Below the pieces are notes generated by a model. It was not told where the DNA came from, searched no databases, and saw only the letters and a list, made by a program, of their open reading frames with translations. Shown one piece after another: positions 12,489-25,927 of a stretch of 64,000 nucleotides of DNA. The position numbers were made by a program, and so were the translations under genes. This DNA comes from Eledone cirrhosa (taxonomy: Eukaryota), in assembly GCA_964016885.1 (NCBI GenBank), contig OZ024746.1, forward strand, positions 19,964,001 through 20,028,000. The letters are read 5' to 3'. Position 1 is the stretch's first letter, and each line of letters opens with the position of its first letter.

Positions 12489-14336
12489 AAAAAGTGAGTC
12501 CTTCATCAGTGACCCTCCAACCGTCCCAGGCATTTCATCGCTTTAAGGGCCATATGCCTCAGGTTGGTGCGAACAACGGCTAAAAAAAGTCGTTGGGACA
12601 CGTAAATAAAGGAGACGTTAGGGTAACAAACAAAATGGTTTAAGCAACGGAAAGTGAGAAGAAATAGACAAGTCCCAGATCTCTATGAATATAAACTCGG
12701 TGAAATCGTGAACAAGAGACAAAAGACCATCAAACCTGGTTGAAATGTGAGCAGGGAAGGAATTTCGCACAAGTCTAACGGGGGGGGGGGGGGGGGGGAA
12801 AGAAAAGAAGAAGAAGAAGAAGAAGAAGAAGAAGAAGAAGAAGAAGAAGAAGAAGGGGTCTGGTCTACGAATTCGGTAAACATAAGTTTCGTGAAGTCCC
12901 AGACGAAAGAGAGAGAGAAAAAAAATTCCATACCAGCTTGACCAGGATGCGCGAGAAAAGAATTACACACAGGTCAAACTTGAAGGAGGAGGAGGAAAGA
13001 GGAGGAGGAGAGGTAGTGACAGAGAATGAGTGAGTGAAAGTTGAGGAGGAGGCTAACAGAGAGAGAGACTGCTAGAAAGGGTAAAAGGTACAAAGAACGA
13101 GAAAGGGTAAAGGTACAAAGGACGAAACGGACGGGTAGCAGCAGAAGAAAAATTATGTGTAAATATGATAATAATGATGGCTGCGCGTTGCAAATGGTGG
13201 TGCATATGAAAAAGTGAGTCCTTCATCAGTGACCCTCCAACCGTCCCAGGCATTTCATCGCTTTAAGGGCCATATGCCTCAGGTTGGTGCGAACAACGGC
13301 TAAAAAAAGTCGTTGGGACACGTAAATAAAGGGGACGTTAGGGTAACAAGCAAAATGGTTTAAGCAACGGAAAGTGAGAAGAAATAGACAAGTCCCAGAT
13401 CTCACCACCATTTGCAACGCGCAGCCATCATTATTATCATATTTACACGGTGGATTGGCACTATCGGTAGAGGGTCGGACGCCATGCTTTGAAGCATAGA
13501 GTTACGTCCCTTTACGATCTGAGTTCAAATCCCGCCGAGGTTGACTTTGCCTTTCATCCTTACGGGGTCGATAAAATAAAGTACCAGTAATGCACTGGGT
13601 AATTGATGGCCTTGTGCCTAGAGTAGAAACAATTATCATATTTACACATAATTTTTCTTCTGCTGCCATCCGTCCGTTTCGTCCTTTGTACCTTTACCCT
13701 TTCTCGTTCTTTGTACCTTTTACCCTTTCTAGCAGTCTCTCTCTCTGTTAGCCTCCTCCTCAACTTTCACTCACTCATTCTCTGTCACTACCTCTCCTCC
13801 TCCTCTTTCCTCCTCCTCCTTCAAGTTTGACCTGTGTGTAATTCTTTTCTCGCGCGTCCTGGTCAAGCTGGTATGGAATTTTTTTTCTCTTTCTCTTTCG
13901 TCTGGGACTTCACAAAACTTATGTTTACCGAATTCGTAGACCAGACCCCTTCTTCTTCTTCTTCTTCTTCTTCTTCTTCTTCTTCTTCTTCTTTTTCTTC
14001 CCCCCCGTTAGACTTGTGCGAAATTCCTTCCCTGCTCACATTTCAACCAGGTTTGATGGTCTTTTGTCTCTTGTTCACGATTTCACCGAGTTTATATTCA
14101 TAGAGATCTGGGACTTGTCTATTTCTTCTCACTTTCCGTTGCTTAAACCATTTTGTTTGTTACCCTAACGTCTCCTTTATTTACGTGTCCCAACGACTTT
14201 TTTTAGCCGTTGTTCGCACCAACCTGAGGCATATGGCCCTTAAAGCGATGAAATGCCTGGGACGGTTGGAGGGTCACTGATGAAGGACTCACTTTTTCAT
14301 ATGCACCACCATTTGCAACGCGCAGCCATCATTATT

Positions 14337-14341
<5 letters not shown>
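12488..14341. repeat. Fold-back of a ~720-bp circularly permuted unit
   Basis: 12488-13403 is the reverse complement of 13403-14341 (after removing the SINE); internal direct repeats 12488-12683 = 13208-13403. Confidence 0.9.
13449..13631 (+). mobile_element. SINE (main family) with 16-bp TSD
   Basis: attatcatatttacac at 13433-13448 and 13632-13647. Confidence 0.92.
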
Positions 14342-14391
<50 letters not shown>

Positions 14392-14402
14392 ATTTATACA
14401 CT

Positions 14403-14445
<43 letters not shown>

Positions 14446-14594
14446 GTATAATAAACAATACAATATAATTACCTCATTACCAGAGGTGTAAACAAAGCCG
14501 TACAGTGTCTAGCAACCATCGTTGCTCATTTGTTCAACACTGACAAAGGAACGCTGTACTAGTTTCAAGCTTATTCATCTGGCAGGAAGGTATA

Positions 14595-14635
14595 CGATGC
14601 TGACGATAGCTAATAAGCTTGAAACTAGTACGTCG
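14595..14635 (+). ncRNA. Minimal (dimer-type) type I hammerhead motif
   Basis: CGAUG-CUGACGA-U-AGCU-aaua-AGCU-U-GAAAC-UA-GUA^-CGUCG; palindromic ACUAGU stem III. Confidence 0.7.
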
Positions 14636-14882
14636 CTCCTGTGTCAGTGTTGAACAAAAAGGTGACGTGGTTGCCTAAACACTGTACGGCGTAATTCGGG
14701 CTGTTTGTTTGTTTAAACAAACAAACCAAGCATTATAATAAATGTTCGGTAAACCGATACATGTGTGCATGTATGTATATATATATATATACATACTACT
14801 GTACGTCTGTATACATACATACTTACATTTAAGTAAGTGCTGTTCTAAGATTGAGAAATGAAATTTCATTTCATTCTATTCC

Positions 14883-14932
<50 letters not shown>

Positions 14933-14958
14933 ATGGATCTCGGGAATTTTACCCGCGT

Positions 14959-15015
<57 letters not shown>

Positions 15016-16329
15016 AAGAAAGAAAGGAAGATAATGAAATGTATGCCTGTGAAAAAAAGGCGTTAATAATATATTTATTCATATATGCAATAATGTATTC
15101 ATATATGCAATAATTGTTTCTACTTTAGGCACAAGGCCAGCAATTATCCAGTGCATTACTACGCAATAATGCTTTCTTTTTTCAGTAATGACATTATTTT
15201 TAGTTGTCAAATGAAGTAGGGGTGGGGGTTCTCACCAGTTAACAGTGACTTGTACCGTACCTTTACCTTGTTTTTTTACATCGCTTGTGGTAGCAGGTTA
15301 ATCCGGTGTTTATATATATAGGCAATTGTTCCTTGGCGACTAAAAATAAAATTAGGCCAACAGATATTTGTCTTGTTTCACTATGTCGTGTGCTACTATA
15401 TACAACTTGAGCCAACCTGAGCCTTTTCACGGTCATCTGACCTGCTAAAAATAGCAGTCAAAATTTCTTTTTTTTTTAATTTTTTAAATCACACCTTACT
15501 GTCGTAAGTGGGAAGGACACATTAGATAAGGCAGATCTAAATAAATACATTATATTTGTATACAATAAGGTGGATCGATCAGAGATTGACTACCCTAACT
15601 CATAGATTTATTGGTTTATAAATTCAGAAAAGTTAATGAACTACCATTATTTCGTCGTGGTTGACTTTGCCTTTCATCCTTACGGGGTCGATAAAATAAA
15701 GTACCAGTAATGCACTGTGTAATTGCTGGCCTTGTGCCTAAAGTAGAAACAATTATTTCAAACTGGGATAATTGCTGGCCTTGTGCCAAAAAGTAGAAAA
15801 TTATTTCAAAACTGGAAGTTTCGTTGTTGAGAAGTAGTTAAAGAAACATTTATTTCAAAGAGATACAAATGTGTTAAACGTTATTTTAGTAGTGGACTGT
15901 AGCGTTATTTACTGTCACTTTGAAAATATTGAAGTTAATGAACTAACGTTATGGTGGATTGGTAGTATCGGTAGAGGGTCGGACGCCATGCTTTGACGCA
16001 TAGAGTTACGGCCCTTACCATTCTGAGTTCAAATCCCGCTGAGGTTAACTTTGCCTTTCATCCTTATGGGGTCGGTAAAATAAAGTACCAGTAATACATT
16101 GGGTAATTGCTGGCCTTGTGCCAAAAGTAGAAACAGTTATTTCAAAACTGGAAATATCAATGGAAACAAAGAAGATTCAACACAACAAAATAAGAGCGAC
16201 TAGTTATATTTATGGATTATACTTCTATTTCGAAGATTTAGAAGCCATGGTACGGTAGAAATATCAGGATTAGAAATGAAAACATTTTGTAACAAATATC
16301 TTAAATGTTATTTTGGTAGTGGATTTAAA

Positions 16330-17740
16330 TGCCCGCCTCTCCCTCAGCCTTCCACCCCCACGGTAGGTCGACCAGTGCCACTCGTGCACCACGCGCAAGA
16401 CCTTCGGCAAATCATCCCACATCTAAAGCTCCTCGGACTTAAGATCAATCCATCCAAGTTTGAGGTGACAAAAGTTAGCTACGGAGAGGCCGAATTCCGC
16501 GCCGCCGTATTCAGTACTCATACCGTCCTGTCCGGGGCTCGGCTAACGCCTAAAGACGCCGCACGCAGGCTCTCCAATTCTCTCTAAAGCCATAAGAGAG
16601 TGCCTGGAGACCAAGCATACAAATTTGTCCCGAATGGCAGAGAGGCTGCTTCTCATTGACGCTCTTCCTCTTGAGCAACTGCTTCGCCCACCCCAAATTT
16701 CTGTTCATGCTGCGTGATGCGCCTTGTTACCCCCACGCAGATCTTCTCGGCGAACTCGGCGCCACCATCCGACGCTGTGCAGAACTCATCTGCAATGTCA
16801 GTTTACACAGCACCGGTTGGTAACCAGTGCTGTCGAAACTGATAGCGTGGTTCGGTGGCCCTCAGCAATCTTACGTGGCCACAGAGCTTGAGCAGGCTCC
16901 AGCCAACTGGACAGGCAAAGGCTTCTATGTCTCCCAGTATACAAATGCCCAGCGTAAATGAGGCGACATCAAATGCAGGTTTTCCGCCAGGCAGATCGAG
17001 TCTGGGTTGGACCAACGCCGCCTCGCCTGCCTCCGCTTCGCTTCTCAGCCCAACAGCGGTGCGTGGCTAAATTCGGTGCCCTCCACATCAATCGATACCC
17101 TTCTTAATGACGAGTGCACTAGCATCGGAGTGGCGCCTCGGCCTCCGCGTGTGTGAGCCAGATAAATGCCGTTGTGGAGCGTTATTGACAAGTTTGGTCT
17201 GTACCCAGAGCGCAGGCCGGTGACCCCGACATGCCGCTCTCAACGACATATTAGAAGAAGCCTGGATGCAGCTGGTTTCTCATCATAACTGGAGATAGTA
17301 CGCCTCGACCGCAGAGACGGCAAGTTGCCTGGTGGGATTACTCTCTTCCCAATCAAACGAGATAGATCCCTCATCATGGACCCCAAATGTTGTGACACGT
17401 TCTCCGGCTCCAACTTAGTCGCTTCGGCCACAAACCTCGGTACCGCGGCCCGTAATGCAGAGGAAAAGAAGACAAACAAATACCGGGGATTGTCCGACCG
17501 CTTCCTCTTCGCACTGGTCGCCGTCGAGACCTCAGGCGTACTTGGACCCCGTACTGCCGAGCGCCTCCGCAGGATCGGATCGTCAGCAGCCTGAGGAAGG
17601 AGCTCCGCGAGGTGGGGTGGCTGTTGCAGCGGGTGTTGCTGGGCATTATCCGCGGAAATGCTTTTGCGGTCTTATCAGTGGGGCGTAGCCCCAATACCTC
17701 CGAGTCCTCTCCCCTCCCATTCTTCTGTGACATTAGAGCC
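16330..17740 (+). mobile_element. CRE-clade non-LTR retrotransposon fragment, degenerate
   Basis: GLKINPSKFEV, RRDGKLPGGITLFP...CCDTF...AARNAEEKKTNKY...VAVETSGVLGP, LLQRVLLGIIRGNAFAVL. Shorter 3' ends of the family at about 29350-29500 (+), 32820-32975 (+), 48040-48200 (-), 50080-50330 (-). Confidence 0.8.
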
Positions 17741-17869
17741 CATGCCTTTCACTTCCTTGTCTGTTTTCATAACCACAAAAGACACTTCCATTTATCATCA
17801 AGTTATTTAATTAAATTCATTGCTGAATTTGAACTAAACAACTTATATGTGACGGGACTGCAAATGTGA

Positions 17870-18069
17870 AGTCGTAGTGTGTGTGAATAGTTTTAGACTA
17901 AACTATCAGAGAGGGAGAGAGAGAGAGAAAACTTCAAGAACCTTTTCCCCCCTTCAAACTGAGAATAGTCTCGTCCTGGTTTCATTGATAAACCTGTTAT
18001 ATTACCAGCTAGTAACACTTTTTTTTGGTTATTGACTACTTTTCACGGAATATTTTACACAGTCGACAG
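17870..18069 (+). promoter_or_regulatory. Probable non-coding first exon / promoter-proximal region of the tetraspanin
   Basis: Perfect donor CAG|gtaagt at 18069/18070; unique CpG-retaining sequence just upstream of the CpG-depleted gene body; the ATG exon has an acceptor so needs an upstream exon. 5' boundary is a guess. Confidence 0.5.
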
Positions 18070-19951
18070 GTAAGTGAACAAAGCAATTAAAAATATGATT
18101 ATTTCTTTTATTTAATTTGTGAACGAAGAATTTTATTTTTAGAAAACAGTTTATAACTACTTTTACATGATTTTAAAATACGACAAATATACTTTTACAT
18201 GGGTTTAATATACGACAAAATAATATTTATTCGTTTGTTTCGATATATTTGTGACGAGTCTGTTGACAATTTTTAGTTTAATCTACTTGATAAAAAAAAA
18301 ATCGACTTAGAATTCTAACTTTAATACACTCGTAAAATCCTTTTTTTCTTTTTTTTCTGTTGGACATTTTTCTAAAATATATATATATATGTTCTTTTCT
18401 GCTTCACCCTTTCTCTTTTAGGTAAACTGTATCTTTTCCCTTTCTTCTGCTTTAGTATACGCTGGCCTTTAAGTTTTCAGAACCTATTATAGCAAATTTT
18501 AAAATAAGCGTTTTACGGTTTAAAACGTTAATCGGAACTTGCGCTCACTTTTCTTAATATTGCGTTCAGATGAAATATTTCCAAGTCTATTGTAAATTTT
18601 ATCTAATTTCAAATAGTACTTCATTCAAAGTCTCGCCACAGCTCAACAAGTGCAGGTATTACTATACTAAAGGATTATTTAAACTTATATTCCATAACGA
18701 AATTAACAGATTTCCTCATAGTTTATTTATTTTTCACTATTACAAGTGCGCGTGTACATACGCGCTCTCATATATACACGCTTGTTTATATGCACGCACT
18801 CATTTTTTATTTACATAAAAATAAAAAAATTAAAAAAACTTAGGTTGGGAAAAAAAATCAGAACAGCCAGATCTGACCTCCTTTACCCTCCTCTGTTCAT
18901 TACTTAATTTTTTTCATATTTCCACCATTGTATAACTTTTTGTAAAATAGACCAATTTGTCTATGTATAATTGATCAAATAAAAAATGTTGTTTCTCTGT
19001 AAAAAAAACAACAAAGTACTCTGTAAAGTAACCAAACAAGTTCAGCCTACTTTAAAACACTAAAAATTAGGTAGAAACCTTTATTTCCGTTCGGAATCAG
19101 TTTATTTAAGCCTACTTATTTATTTTTTATCTCGTTCAATTCACTGGATTCATTTCACATGGGAAGGCGAAAGTTGATTAAATCGACCCTAGTGCGTTTT
19201 TGAAAAATTATATTTATTCAAAGTTTGAAAATATACTGGGGTCGATTAAAATCTGAATAAAATCACGTAATTTCAAAGAAACTTGGACCCTAATAATAAT
19301 TTTAAGTGTTTATATGAAAGGGAGACGTTTTCATTTCTTTGAAGTAAAGGTATTATTTCTCTGCATTGCAGCTAAATAAAAAAATTTTTTTTTTTTTAAT
19401 TCGGAACTCTGAGGAAACACTTTTTAAGACCCCCCTTAATATTTATTTATTTGTAATGTTCATATAACTGAATAATACATCCCTTTTATACTCTCCTTTA
19501 AAAAAAATGTAATATATAAAAGAACTTTATACAATATTTGGCGAAGTTTATGTCATTGCCCCCCCCCCCCCTCACCCCCCACTCTACTCCAGTAACCTTT
19601 TTCCGAAAATGTTTTAGGATTCCTACATTTGAAACAATTTCTGCATAAATTAGTTTTCGGATTTTAAATCCCCTTCCCCATCCGACCCCCCTCTACCACC
19701 TGTAACATTTTCGATACTGTGTACGTGTATGCGCGTCTTTATAGCTATTATATATAAATACGATTCTGCGATAAAAAAAAAAAACAAAAAAAAAAAACAA
19801 TTTAAGGTTTAGTGTTTGTGTTTCACATGTAGGGCACCAGAACAAGTGTTTCCCTAAAAAGAAAAGAAAGCAGTGGTGAGGGTAATTAGGGATCCAAAAC
19901 TATATTTTAATGGCGGGTGTCCCAGTATAAGCTGGAATAGGTAAAAATAAG

Positions 19952-20340
19952 TCTCTCCCTCTCTTTGTCTCTCTCCCTCTCTTTGTCTCTCTCCCTCTCT
20001 TTGTCTCTCTCCCTCTCTTTGTCTCTCTCCCTCTTTGTCTCTCTCCCTCTGTCTCTCCCTCTCTTTGTCTCTCTCTCTCTCCCTCTTGTCTCTCTCCCTC
20101 TTGTCTCTCTCCCTCTTTGTCTCTCTCCCTTTTTGTCTCTCTCCCTCTCTCTCTCCCTCTCTCCTCTCCCTCTCTCTCCCTCTCTCTCCTCTCTCTCTCC
20201 TCTCTCTCTCTCTCCTCTCTCTCCTCTCTCTCCTCTCTCTCTTTTCTCTCTCTCCTCTCTCTCTTTTCTCTCTCTCTCCTCTCTCTCTTTTCTCTCTCCT
20301 CTCTCTCTTTTCTCTCTCTCCTCTCTCTCTTTCCTCTCTG
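19952..20340. repeat. CT-rich compound microsatellite
   Basis: Direct inspection; in the presumed first tetraspanin intron. Confidence 0.97.
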
Positions 20341-21212
20341 CCTGCCTATGTATGTGTCTCTCCGGAGAGGAAATAAGCAGGAAGCCAGAAGACTAACAGT
20401 GATTTAGCCACCATTGCTGGCCTACACACAATATAATAAAATGTTAACTACATGCCACCACCATAAATGAATCTTAAAAGTCAGTCAGTCATCATTGGGG
20501 GTCTTGGCCAACTTGTATATAGGATAGCAAGATCTTTTATTACCAAGATATGAGGCATTAACATTACTGCGTGTGGCAAAATTGTAAAAATGTAAACATT
20601 TAAAGTTTAGTATAAAGAAATTGGCAGTGGTCAGAACATCAGAATGCTTTTGTGGTATTCCTGCTGTGGTCAACGTTGCCTGTCATTTCGAGGTAGATTA
20701 AGAAAAAAAAAAAGTACCAGTTTAATCCTGGTGTCGATTCTTCTATTTTTTCTTCACTTCCTCTCTTTTTCTATCCTCTGGAAGAAATCTGTTGTATTCA
20801 AAAATGGTGAAGTGATGGGCTGTACCAGGTTTAAAATGACCAAGAAATGCTGTATGCCACAATGGCGCTTCTACAACTCCACCAGGAGTTACAGGACTAT
20901 ACCACTACATTACCTTAAGTATACATAGATTTAGAACTAAACAAAATAACATACAAAAGCAAATAACAGTTAAGCATTTTTATTCATTCACTTTTAACTC
21001 TCTTAATGTCTTTAAAAAATCCAGCAGTCAGTTTGGTGGTCAAATTATTCAATCTATATTATAAAAGACCTGTTTCACATTTATCTGTAGAAGGGAGATA
21101 ACTTATGTCTTACTTTTAGTTTATTGCAAGCTTCAGAATCTACAAGGGTTAGAGGTAATAAGGTAGATCTGTAGGTGTTGTAAATAATTTAGTGTTTTGT
21201 GTGTGTATATAC

Positions 21213-21810
21213 ATGGTGGCTGCCAACTCGTTTTCGAGTACGGCCACTACTTTATATCCATGTAGGAGAACCCCTACCGATGCGCTGAACGAGTGACTTT
21301 TTAGTCCAGACAGCGACTTGAAAACTCTGGTACAAACACTACACTTGTGTCAATTATTGACACAGTGCTGGGCCCATGGTACCAAGTGACAAGTGCAGAG
21401 AGATCTCCAGATATAAAGCAATGCCTGTGCTGTGAAGCTTTAATAGTGAGCAAAGACACTGCACAAAGCCAGTCCCACTCTCTTAACCAAGATGATATTT
21501 ACCAAAAAGAACAAGTCAACATCATTGGATACCATCAGAGTTGCAGGTGTTATATCAGTTTTCCTTCTCCTAGAATTCTGCCTTGACAAAGGCTAAGGGG
21601 TCATCTCTCCTGGTGATTTTGGATGGCCATTGACTCTTAAGAGCTCCTTTGCCCTTTGACAGGTTTTGTTTTTAGTCCTGCAGGATGTCCAAAGTCACCC
21701 TCCTCACCAAGAAACCTTGGTGGGGTTGCCAGTTTAGTCGCCAACGACCCGACCATGAGACGGGTTGTACTGGGATATGTTACCAGTAGCACCAACTGGT
21801 GACCTGACAT
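21213..21810 (-). mobile_element. ~600-bp non-autonomous RTE-derived element (copy 1)
   Basis: Near-identical to 44428-45040; (CATA)n flank; C2H2-like remnant at its 3' end. Confidence 0.65.
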
Positions 21811-21837
21811 GCATGCATGTATATACATACATACATA

Positions 21838-22830
21838 CATTTGTGGATGTGTAGTAATGAGAAGATTTTCAAGACAACTATACCTAACCTTTACAGTGTT
21901 TTTATTAAAAAGTTTATGGTATCTATGCAAGTTAAAAAAATGCTTATTTATGAGGCTTCAAAATGTTTTTGCTGTATTAGAAACATCTAAACTAATGGGA
22001 GGTAGGGATGTACCAGAAATTTTCCTATTTCTGCTTCATTTATTTTTGAGAATGCATCTCAGTGGATAGGGCGTTGGACACGCGATTACAAGGTTGAAGG
22101 TTTAGTTTCTGGGCAAGATTTGCAAATGGTATTAGCAATGGAAAACTCTAGAAACATTGCTTCTTTGGCCCAAATTGACAACGTGTATTTGCAATTCTTG
22201 CCCAGAAACTAAACCTTCAACCTTGTAATTGCATGTCCAATGCCCTATCCACTGAGATGCATTCTCAAAAATAAATGAAGCAGAAATAGGAAAATTTCTG
22301 GTACATCCCTACCTCCCATTAGTTTAGATGTTTCTAATACAGTAAAAACATTTTAAAGCCTCATAAATAAGCATTTTTCTAACTTGCATAGATACCATAA
22401 ACTTTTTAATAAAAACACTGTAAAGGTTAGGTATAGTTGTCTTGAAAATCTTCTCATTACTACACATCCACAAATATAAACAAACAATAGCAACCTTAAA
22501 CACCCTGTAGACATGTATGCAAGTTCAAATAGAACCGTGTAATTACACACACACACATATTTAGTTTAAGCACAGAATCTGTTTTTGCTCTTTCAGGGGA
22601 TCTTCAAAAACTAAGATATTCAAATTTTGGCTGAATGAGACATGAAGCAGTATAATGGATTATTTTTAACAAGGTTGTTAGTTATCTTTGTGGAAGGGTT
22701 AGAAAATTTACTCTTGTTGGGTTTTCTATATGGTTAAAGCCAGTCATTAGATAGGTTAAGTGTCATATCTAGAAAACTTATCAATGATAATTTTGTGTCT
22801 ACTCCAATAATTTTTCTAAATAAAGCCAAT
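21838..22830. mobile_element. Degenerate Penelope-like fragments, including an inverted duplication
   Basis: LINKHFFNLHRYHKLFNKNTVKVRYSCLEN aligns with LLDKHFPRTHRYYKIFSRNCVKISYSC of the 5004-6224 ORF; arms 21838-22125 and 22190-22475. Confidence 0.75.
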
Positions 22831-25078
22831 AATCACCAGGAAAGGTTTGAATTCAGAACTTACAACTGTCTTCCAAGCAACCCAGCTTTTGAGGGGTTAT
22901 TCAACTTACTGATAACAGCAAAGACTGAAGGAATCCCCTCCAGCAAGATTTATACAAAAGGATTCATTTGATAAAGGATTCTGATACTGTGTGTATCAAT
23001 TTAAGAGGAATTCATGCTGATTTTTATCTAATTCCAAGGATTACTGGAAAACTAGTTGGAATGTGATAAAGGATATTACTAATGCAGAATGATCAATCCC
23101 AGAGCTTCTCATTTTTCATTTCTCTGGAATTGAAAGTCTCAAAAGTAAACTTAGTGACAGCAAGCTGTTATGCCAGGAAGTGGCCTTGCTTGATGTGTGG
23201 TGGGCAGAAAATCCAAGGTGCGCACAATATAATCTAATGGATGCACAGGTAGTGTGATTACAATTTAACAGAAGATAGACTTTGTATGTTGATGTGCAGA
23301 AGTACTTAGTACACTCATGAAATATATTCCTTTAGTTGCCAAGGAGGTTTCCCAGAAATTGATAGCTTTTATCTAGGTGACCTAATCAACAATGGAAAAG
23401 GGTACTCGTATTAAATATGTGTATGTTCTATATGTATGTATTTGTTTTTATGTATATGATATACAAGTGTATATTTATTTAATTGTTAATACATGTATTT
23501 GCTTTATATTTATTTTCCTATTTATCGTTCTATATTCCTTCACTTATATTATCAACCTTTGTAAATGCCCCTATTTGTGTGTTTAAATATAAAAGTATGT
23601 ACACGAGTTTGTCTGTTAACTTATGAGCGTCATCATTTTACATCCATACTTGCACAGGTTGAATGTGGTTTCTCTCCACTGTAGCATTCCTTCGTCTCCT
23701 CTTAGTGGTTTTCTACTTCTGGAAATTCTTGGCACTTCTTCACCCAATGATCATCCACATCATATGTCCATATCAATACAATCTTCTCTCTTGCACATAT
23801 AATTCCTCTTATGGACATTTTTCTCAGCTCATTGATGTTTTGTCATTCATACACAATAATATTACACCTCCAACAGAGCATGCTCAACTCACTTTTCAAA
23901 CCTACTTTGTATGAAAAATATTTATCCTTAAATTAGGAATATATTTTATTTTGGTAGTTTATCATTTAAATTTGATTTATTTTCTGTTGTAAATGTGTAT
24001 TAAGTACAGTAGTATATATTTGTGTGTATGTAACTCATAAATCTCTTATGATCAACAAAATCCCAGACCTGACTTGTTTACCAAGTAAGGTGGGAATCGT
24101 CAAATTGAACCAAAGAAACAATGTTTCCAGTAGTCTTTCCATTGCTGATATTACCATTCACAACTCTGGCAGAAAGAGCAATTTGAAATAATGCATTGCC
24201 AAGTTCGAGAATCAAACTTGTAACCTCGTGATTGCAAATCCAATTTTCTAACTACTAAGCCATGCACCAACTCTTAAATAATACAGTTAAAATACTATAT
24301 TGATCTTTAATACTTGGTGGTTATTTCTAAGTAAACCGTGGGATTTGTTGAGTCAGCTTGTATCTATAGCTTTTTGTGTGATCTAAATGTGCACTGGATA
24401 TGTACCTCTTTTTATTTGTTAAGCATATGTGTGTCACAGCAAATTAAGTTTTATCTGTTTATCTGAAGTGTTAGCAATAGATTGTGTGGAAAGGTGATGG
24501 TAAGAGTGTGTTTGTAAATGATAGAACTGAGAGAGGAATTACTTTATTCATGCTATGAAAAAGGGTGTGTATGTTGAAAGCAGCAGTGGTGGTATCATTT
24601 TATTAAATCTATGCTGTACAAAACTTTGTTTATCCTGAAATTATCCAATCCAGGGCCTTCCCACTCCTATTTGAGGAACCCCTCCCAAGTTGACCTTCAC
24701 CATGCTTGGCCAATTATGGATTGGTGAGGCTATTTAACCCATAGTTTGGGTGGATGGCCTGAGGCATGGAGTTCATCTGCCCATTTAACAGCTCTTGTTT
24801 TCTGTACTGCTGAGGGTTCCACTTGTCCTCTTCACCAGAACCTTGTCTCACTATTTGACCATGCTTGATGAGGCTATTTAGTTATAAATTAACAAATATT
24901 CCAATTTGGCAGTTTTGATCATTTGTCAAATTTATTCAATATTCTGTGTGTAAATGGTTAAAACTGCATATTAACCTTCAATATTTGGATATTTCTCATT
25001 AAACCATGGAATCTCCATGGTGTCAGCTAATTTGTAAATCCTCATGTATACTTACATGAATTTTTTTTTCTTTTTTGT

Positions 25079-25370
25079 CCTGTAACTCCTGAGGGAGTTG
25101 TAGCGGTGCCATATTGTCATACAGCATTTCTAGGGCATTTTAAACCTGGCAGAGCCCTTCTCTTCAGGTCTGAATACAGCAGATTCCTTCCAGAGAAGGG
25201 TGAGAAAGATATGGAGAAATAGACCCCAGTACTTGACTGGTACATTTTCTTTTTATCAATCTCAAAAGGATGAAAGGCAAAGTTAACCACAGCAGGATTT
25301 AAACTGAGGGAGCAGAGAGCTGAAATGAATATCACAAAGCATTCTATCCAACATACTAGCTGCCAATTGT
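25079..25370 (-). mobile_element. SINE variant with alternative 3' tail
   Basis: Same head and central domain joined to a different tail (ctggaaggaatctgctgtattcagacc...ggagttacagg); also about 11750-11990, 20640-20897(+), 28643-28950, 37728-37980, 55275-55410, 56345-56435(+). Confidence 0.75.
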
Positions 25371-25927
25371 TGGTCTACCTGTACATACTACATACCTGTA
25401 TATATTAGCCCTTCTGAATGACCCTGCTCTACCTTCTGACTAACTCATTTCCTTCACACACAAATTTCTCTTTTTTTATTCTTTCAGTTTATTTTATTTT
25501 ATTTTTATTGTATTTTACAATCTACCTTTAAATTTTGTACTTTTACTGTTCAACTTCGACTTTCCCAGAAATTACTAGGATTCCAACAAAATAACTACAT
25601 ATATTAACACCTGATTGACCCACATACAGATGAGTGTGTGTGCTCATCTGTGCACACATACACATACAAAATGTTCAGTTGACCTTCTTTAAATACCAAA
25701 CTACTGCTACTAGTGCCCTTCCTCAATTTCTCTCTGCCAGGATCTTATTCCCATCCTCTTTACACCCCTCCCCTACACCTAAAGTTCCATCACTATCTCT
25801 AAATACATATCATATTCCTTTTATCATGACCCAATCTATACAAAATTTAAAGTCCATTGTGCAAATTTATCTAAACATCTCTCCAATTACTCAGTCTTTC
25901 ATTTTCCTACCCTACCATCCCCTAGAA

